Origin: Chiloscyllium plagiosum | Taxonomy: Eukaryota | Assembly (NCBI RefSeq): GCF_004010195.1 | Contig: NC_057751.1 | Location: 4,363,137 to 4,417,716 of the forward strand | DNA length: 54,580 nucleotides | Direction: 5' to 3' | Shown here: positions 48,976 through 54,580 of the stretch, piece after piece | Numbering within the stretch: the first letter of the stretch is position 1 | Layout: each line of letters starts with the position of its first letter | Position numbers and translations under genes: made by a program | The notes under the pieces: generated by a model | Database searches by the model: none | What the model saw: the letters and a program-made list of their open reading frames with translations, nothing else | Told to the model about the DNA's origin: nothing

Positions 48976-51900
48976 AGATTTCCCATCATTCAGTGACCAA
49001 CAGCAACAGCATGTTGTCTACAAGAAAGCGAAGGGAACTGTGACTGACTTCATTATCAAGTCATAGGGGCCTACAACACATAAAAAGGTCCTTCAGCTCT
49101 TCAAGTTTGTGCTGGCCCAGATCAAGCATTTAACTATTCTTTTATTGTGATTATTATTCTGACGTCACTCATTTCGGCTCTTCCTGTTGTTCCACTAGCT
49201 GTTTCCTATTGTTCCACTAGTAATTGCTCTGCAGAGCTGCATGTATATGTGTTTGGGATGAAGTGGGATCTCGTTTCATTCAGGAGCAAGTGGGGGCTGC
49301 AGATGCTGGAGAGTCAGAGTTGATAGAGCGCAGCACTGGAAAAGTACAGCAGGTCAGGCAGCATCTGAGGAGCAGGAGAATACATTCTTCCAGCAGAAGC
49401 CCTTCTACAGGACCATAGTTTCATTCAGCGAGTAGCTCAGTTGGTAAGCAATTTGCTACTTGTTTGAAGGTTCTTTGCTAATGAAGAAAATGTTCGTTTT
49501 AACTTTATTGAAAAGCCAGGAGGAGATTTTGCAGGGTCCTATCTTTCGTGTTGTAACCCATTGCCTGGCTAGCTGACCCCAAGAGAATGATCTCACAGTT
49601 TTCCAGGTTGAGTTCCATTCGCCCCTGCTGTCTCCTGAGCTGACCAGTGCTCCTGCAGCTTCCCTCATGATTTACTGGCTGAAAGATTTTCCCGTCAGCT
49701 GTGAAGGTCTTGATCATTTTCATAGAATAGAATCCCTATAGTGTGGAAGCAGGCCAGACTGCCCACTGAGTCCACACGGACCCTCCAAAGAGCATCCCAC
49801 AGGCACCCATACCCATCCCCTCCCCTATCCCTGTAACTCTGCATTTCCTATGGCTAACCCCAACCCAGCCGTCACATCCCTGGAAGCTACTCCCTACATA
49901 AGTCCAAGTCAGACATTACAAACAGCAGGGACCCCAGCACCGAGCCCTGTGGAATCCCACTGGAGCTGGACTTGCCGTCACAGAAACATCCCTGCACCAT
50001 CACACTCTGCTTCCTGCCTCTTGGGTCATTTTGGACACAGCATGTCACTGCCCCTTGGATCCCATGGGCTTTTCATTTCGAGCCCAGTCTGCTGCAAGAG
50101 AGCTTATCTTAAAGCTTATCTCAAAGTTCATCGTAACCACACTATGAAACACAATACCCTCACCAACACTCCTGATTACTTCCTGAAACAACTCGATCAA
50201 ACTTGTCAAACACAACCTTCTTTCAACAAATCTATGACTCTATGACTCTCAATCTGTGCTGATGGTTCTTGAATCATCCTTTTCTGCCCTCGTGCAGATG
50301 CATTCTGTTCTTCAGAATTCATTTGAATAACTTGCCCACCACCCTGTGGAGCTGGATTGGGCTGACATTTCCTGATCTACCCTGATCTCCCTTTTTTCCA
50401 AATGGGACAAGATTCCAGTGCGGATTTGTACATGATGTCTCCTCTTTCACCAGCCCCAGTATTTCCGGCTGGACCAACTGGTGGAAGGGACACTGTGCTG
50501 AACTCTTGTTGCTGTCTAGCGCACCTTGGTTGGGCAGTTCAAGAAAGAGCTCAAGGTTGGAAAGCCAAATTCCAATTCTCCTGAGAAGTTGCACAAGATG
50601 GTCAAACACAAGCAGCTGGAAAGATCTGTCTTACCAACCCAGTTAATTCAGGATTTCTAACAACACCTTGTCTGAACTGACATTTGCTGTGAACATCTGA
50701 CGTGTTCTACAACTGTCAGTGTTGTGACCTTGATGCTGGTGAACTAAACTAGACAGTCTGACTCCTTACATTGTGTTCAGTAGTTTGAGCTTGGACCCTT
50801 TGCCCCAATGCTGTGTTTCCCCAAGTGTTTTTTTTATTAAAACCCTATCACAACTCTGCAGAGCCATGCTTCCTTGTCCGTCAACCTGTGGATGTTTGGG
50901 AGTCACGGGATATAGTTCAGTTCAGAATAATAACTTCATTCTGAACCATTTTGGATACTTGTCTAAAAGGGGAAAAAAAGGTTGTTTTAATAAGGGAGTT
51001 CCTTTTTGAGTTTGTCGAAGAAACTGGGTCAAATCCTTTGTTCTGGATAACAATGAAGAAAATTGACCCCTTTGATAAATCATGAGGACATTGACACTTA
51101 CGATGTGGCTCCTGGGGTTTGATTACCAACTCACTCCATGCATCAGAGTAGTAACAATGGGAGGGGCTGAATGGCCTCCTCCGATCCCTACAGTTGGGGA
51201 GCAAGTTGTGAAGTTAACGCTCAAACACTGAAACAATTCAGATACATGTCCTTCTGATGTCTCAAGCAGACTCCGACTGAATAACCATTCTGCCCCCTTT
51301 TGAAATTCTCTCATCCTTTCTCTAAACCCACCATATGATAGTCAGAGACCCAGAGGGTCGAAAGCAAGGTGTCGAAATGTGTCGGTGTCCCAGCAGGAAT
51401 TCCTAGGGATGTGAATGGTGCAATGATTGGTGCACAACACTGAGGGGTGCTGTGGCACTCCCAACACTCAGCACACACAGGGCAGTCTCTGCTAAATCCA
51501 ACCAACCAATCCGCAAATCCTGACAGCCTCCCAATTCCTGTCAATTCACTGACTGCAAGTTTAAAATCGAGCAACGGGGAATAATTCAGACACCACCTCC
51601 CTGGAGAATATCATTTTACTGCATTCAGACCCCTTCCATTTATTCCGGATGGTGATTAAGGGTCACTGTAACCAATGGAGTTAAGCTACAGATGAGCCAT
51701 AACTTAATTGAACAATGGGCCAGGCTCAGGGGGCTACATGACCTCCTTCTGTATCTAGGAGACCGGGCACAGCAGTAAATTTTCATTAAAGGCATACGAT
51801 ATGGAACAAGGCGCTGTAAAATTGCTACTTCCCATCCGTTTTAATGAAAGCCATCGGGATGAAAGCAAACAGAACAGGAAATGACTTTTGAGGGCGCGGG

Positions 51901-52410
51901 TGCAGAACCAACATTTGCCAGACCATTTTCGGGCGGACAGTTTCTTTGACTGTGGGGTGGGGCACTGCGAAAAGGTGGGAACACTCTTGTCCCAAGCCCC
52001 CTTTGGAATGAAATAAGGGACACTTTGATAGCGGTGGGGTGCGGTGGGTACTGCTGACAGTAACAGCAGACACACTGGCTGCATTCTGAAAACCCCAGCG
52101 AGAATGCTGAAGACAGCGCGCCACGCTCGGGCTCCCACAAGCTGGGCTGGAGATCAGAAGAACCACACAATTCCCTGGGGATTAATATGCCGAGACGGGA
52201 TCAATCCCGAATCAAACGCCCAAGCTTTATACCGTGAATTACCACTTTATTTAGCTGTCTATTGAGCCCAAGCCACCAGATAAACTTTTTAAAAATCAAC
52301 CACTGTAACTCGAATCAACCATTTGCAAAATGTCTGAATGTCTGCATTACCATACCCTGCAAAAAGGTCAGAATAGTGAGGAGTGCAGATGCTGGAGATC
52401 AGAGTCGAGA

Positions 52411-52563
52411 GAGTGTGGCGCTGGCAATGCACAGCAGGTCAGGCAGCATCTGAGGAGCAGGAAAATCGACTGCGCGGGCAAAAGCCCTTCATCAGGGTTC
52501 CCGCTCGATTCTCCTGCTCCTCGGATGCTGCCTGACCTGCTGTGCTTTGCCAGCGCCACACTC
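52411..52563. repeat. Inverted repeat with 59-bp arms (56/59 identical); Penelope-derived family 1
   Basis: Arm 52411-52469 against the reverse complement of 52505-52563. Confidence 0.9.
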
Positions 52564-53326
52564 AAAGAATCAGAAGCGCCCACCAGAAACAACCATTCCG
52601 CAGAAAAGAGAGACGACCTGGTCTCCTGGCCCATTCATGAAAGAACCAACCAACCCACGTGGTGCAAGTCCAAGGGGTGCAATGCAAGGGGAGCCCCTCC
52701 AGCTTTAATCTCAGTCCAGGCCTGGAACCAACCTGCCATGGCCATGTTTGAGTGAGTGGTCACTGAGTGAAGGGGGATGGTGTGACGCGGTAGTGGGCCT
52801 GCCTTGGTTTCCGACTAATTGCTTCTCCAACTGGTTCATTCATGTGACATCTGTGGGTCCGAAGGGGCCTGTCACTGGACCTCCTCCATTGACTGGGTAC
52901 AACAGTCTACTTGGTTTACGGTGGTCCAGGAACTGAGTCCGAACACGAGGAGGCTGTTTGCTGAATGGGGCGTATTTTATTGCACGATGGAAATTAGGGA
53001 CAAGTTACATAAGCTTGACAGACGGACATTCATTGTGACAACGACTTAGTCAAAGAGAGCAAGGGTTTTTTTATAGGAAGACTGGATACTTGTAGAAGGG
53101 CTGAAAGAAAGATGAAAGACAAACAGACCTCTTATGAAAAGTTAATTGCAGAGTTTTCGGGAGGTTGAAGATCATTTCATCGATTTTGAATAGATTTTTC
53201 AAATGGGACCTCGATATGATGGAGTAAATGGAAATGCGAGGAGCTGGTTTTGCAAACGAGAAATCCAGAGCAAACTACCAAATTGTAAATTGAATGAATC
53301 ATACAGAGCGGCCATTCGGCCCACCC

Positions 53327-53367
53327 CTGGTGCTGTGAGGCAGCAGTGTTAACCACTGAGCCACCGG
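53327..53367 (-). mobile_element. HE1-type SINE head fragment
   Basis: ctggtgctgtgaggcagcagtgttaaccactgagccaccg is the reverse complement of the SINE head. Confidence 0.65.
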
Positions 53368-54353
53368 GCTGTATCTGATAACATTCCTTCCAGCTCCCTC
53401 ACACCAGCTGGCGTGGCATTGCAACTGTCAGCACTGTTAAAGGAAGATGGACTCTCATTGTCTCTCCAATCACCTTCATCAAGCTATAGTTAGAAAGGAC
53501 AGAACATGAGCTATTTCTCTCTCACTCCCTCCCAACCTGCACGAAATGCGCTGTGCAGAGTCAACCACTTACGCACCAAATCAATGGTTTTTCATCACCC
53601 CTCTTTCATCAGCAAAGTTAGCCTCCCCCTCCCCCTTCCTGATTCCCGCAGTCTTTCTGGGCCCCTTCTGCCAAGTAACGAATGCTAATGGGTCTGCCTG
53701 GGAGCTGTGAAAATGCTGTTAAAGTAACAGGATTGCAGACCGCTTCAGAACACTCCACCAAATTAAACTCCAATTCCCCAGAGTGGCTGAGTGACCCAGG
53801 CAGCTGCAGCATCTCCTCCCCGCTCTCGGGTCAAGCCTGAGCTGATTTGGAGAAGTGCACATCTGGCCCAGAGTCTGCAAGGCAGGCAGAGAGAGACAGG
53901 CCCATCGACAGTGACGGGCCCATCAATCGCCTGCACTTCGCTCAAGTGCTGCGTCACTGTCTGTTGCAGGAAGCAGGCAGAAACCTCAGATTTTCAGCGA
54001 TCCTCCTTTATGAATGCATCTGGATGAAGAAGATTTCAAACAATAACTCTGCAAATGCGACAGAACAAATCGTGTTCTCTTCTCTTTTGCTGTCCAGTAC
54101 AGTTATTCTCAGTGTGAAGGGGGAGTGAAAAACTCACATTTGATTGCCTCTCAAAGGCCTTGCATTAAAATGATTCCTGCTGAAGGTCTGGGGGACTATT
54201 TCGTTATCGGAACCTCCCAGTGCCCCAGATATGTGTCAGTATTAGACTTGTACGTGTCCGAGAGGTTTTCTTTCGGATAGAGTTAAAGCCCAATGTTTTG
54301 TCTGTTTACTTGATATTCAACTGCACAGAACCGAACCTCATTTGTGACAAAGT

Positions 54354-54580
54354 ATACTGACCCCCCGAGAGTGCGGCGCTCCCTCAGCACTGACCCTCCG
54401 ACAGTGCGGCGCTCCCTCAGTACTGACCTCCCGACAGTGCCCACTCCCTCAGTACTGACCCTCCGACAGTGCCCACTCCCTCAGCACTGACCCTCCGACA
54501 GTGCGGCACTCCCTCAGCACTGACCCCCTGACAGTGCCCACTCCCTCAGCACTGACCCTCTGACAGTGCGGCACTCCCTC
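54354..54580 (+). repeat. Minisatellite, 32-33-bp unit (ctgaccctccgacagtgcggcactccctcagca), about 7 copies, running off the window
   Basis: Direct reading; two unit variants (gcggc[a/g]ct and gcccact). Confidence 0.95.

Noticed and set aside
53791..54128. ORFs near the right end of the window
   Set aside because: No recognisable protein similarity or clear splice sites.
54354..54580. CRISPR-like array of about 33-bp repeats
   Set aside because: Units are head-to-tail with no unique spacers, there are no cas genes, and the context is eukaryotic; it is a minisatellite.

Overview
Vertebrate genomic DNA, very likely an elasmobranch (shark), judging from HE1-type SINEs and HER1/CR1-type LINEs. 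The window holds two divergently transcribed protein-coding genes. (1) On the minus strand is the 5' half of a DDHD2/SEC23IP-family phospholipase gene, most like DDHD2. It has a CpG-rich promoter and non-coding first exon near 13.0 kb and six coding exons from 11061 down to 1125; the rest lies left of the window. (2) On the plus strand is a complete 7-exon MMP21-type matrix metalloproteinase (21033-35409, 602 aa when spliced) with a TATA box, signal peptide, PRCGVPD cysteine switch, furin sites, [11 protein letters not shown] zinc motif and hemopexin domain. The remainder is dense in retroelements: CR1/HER1, a Rex1/Babar LINE carrying nested Penelope and CR1 insertions, Penelope-like elements and their short derivatives, and a probable solo LTR, plus minisatellites. 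Most notable: the MMP21-like gene is divergent and sits next to DDHD2, so it may be a second, WGD-derived MMP21 paralog. The DDHD2-like gene appears to have lost an intron. Three distinct Penelope-derived families carry minimal hammerhead ribozymes, and two copies form 59-bp-arm hairpins around a degenerate ribozyme core. No recognisable gene was found between about 36.5 and 54.6 kb.
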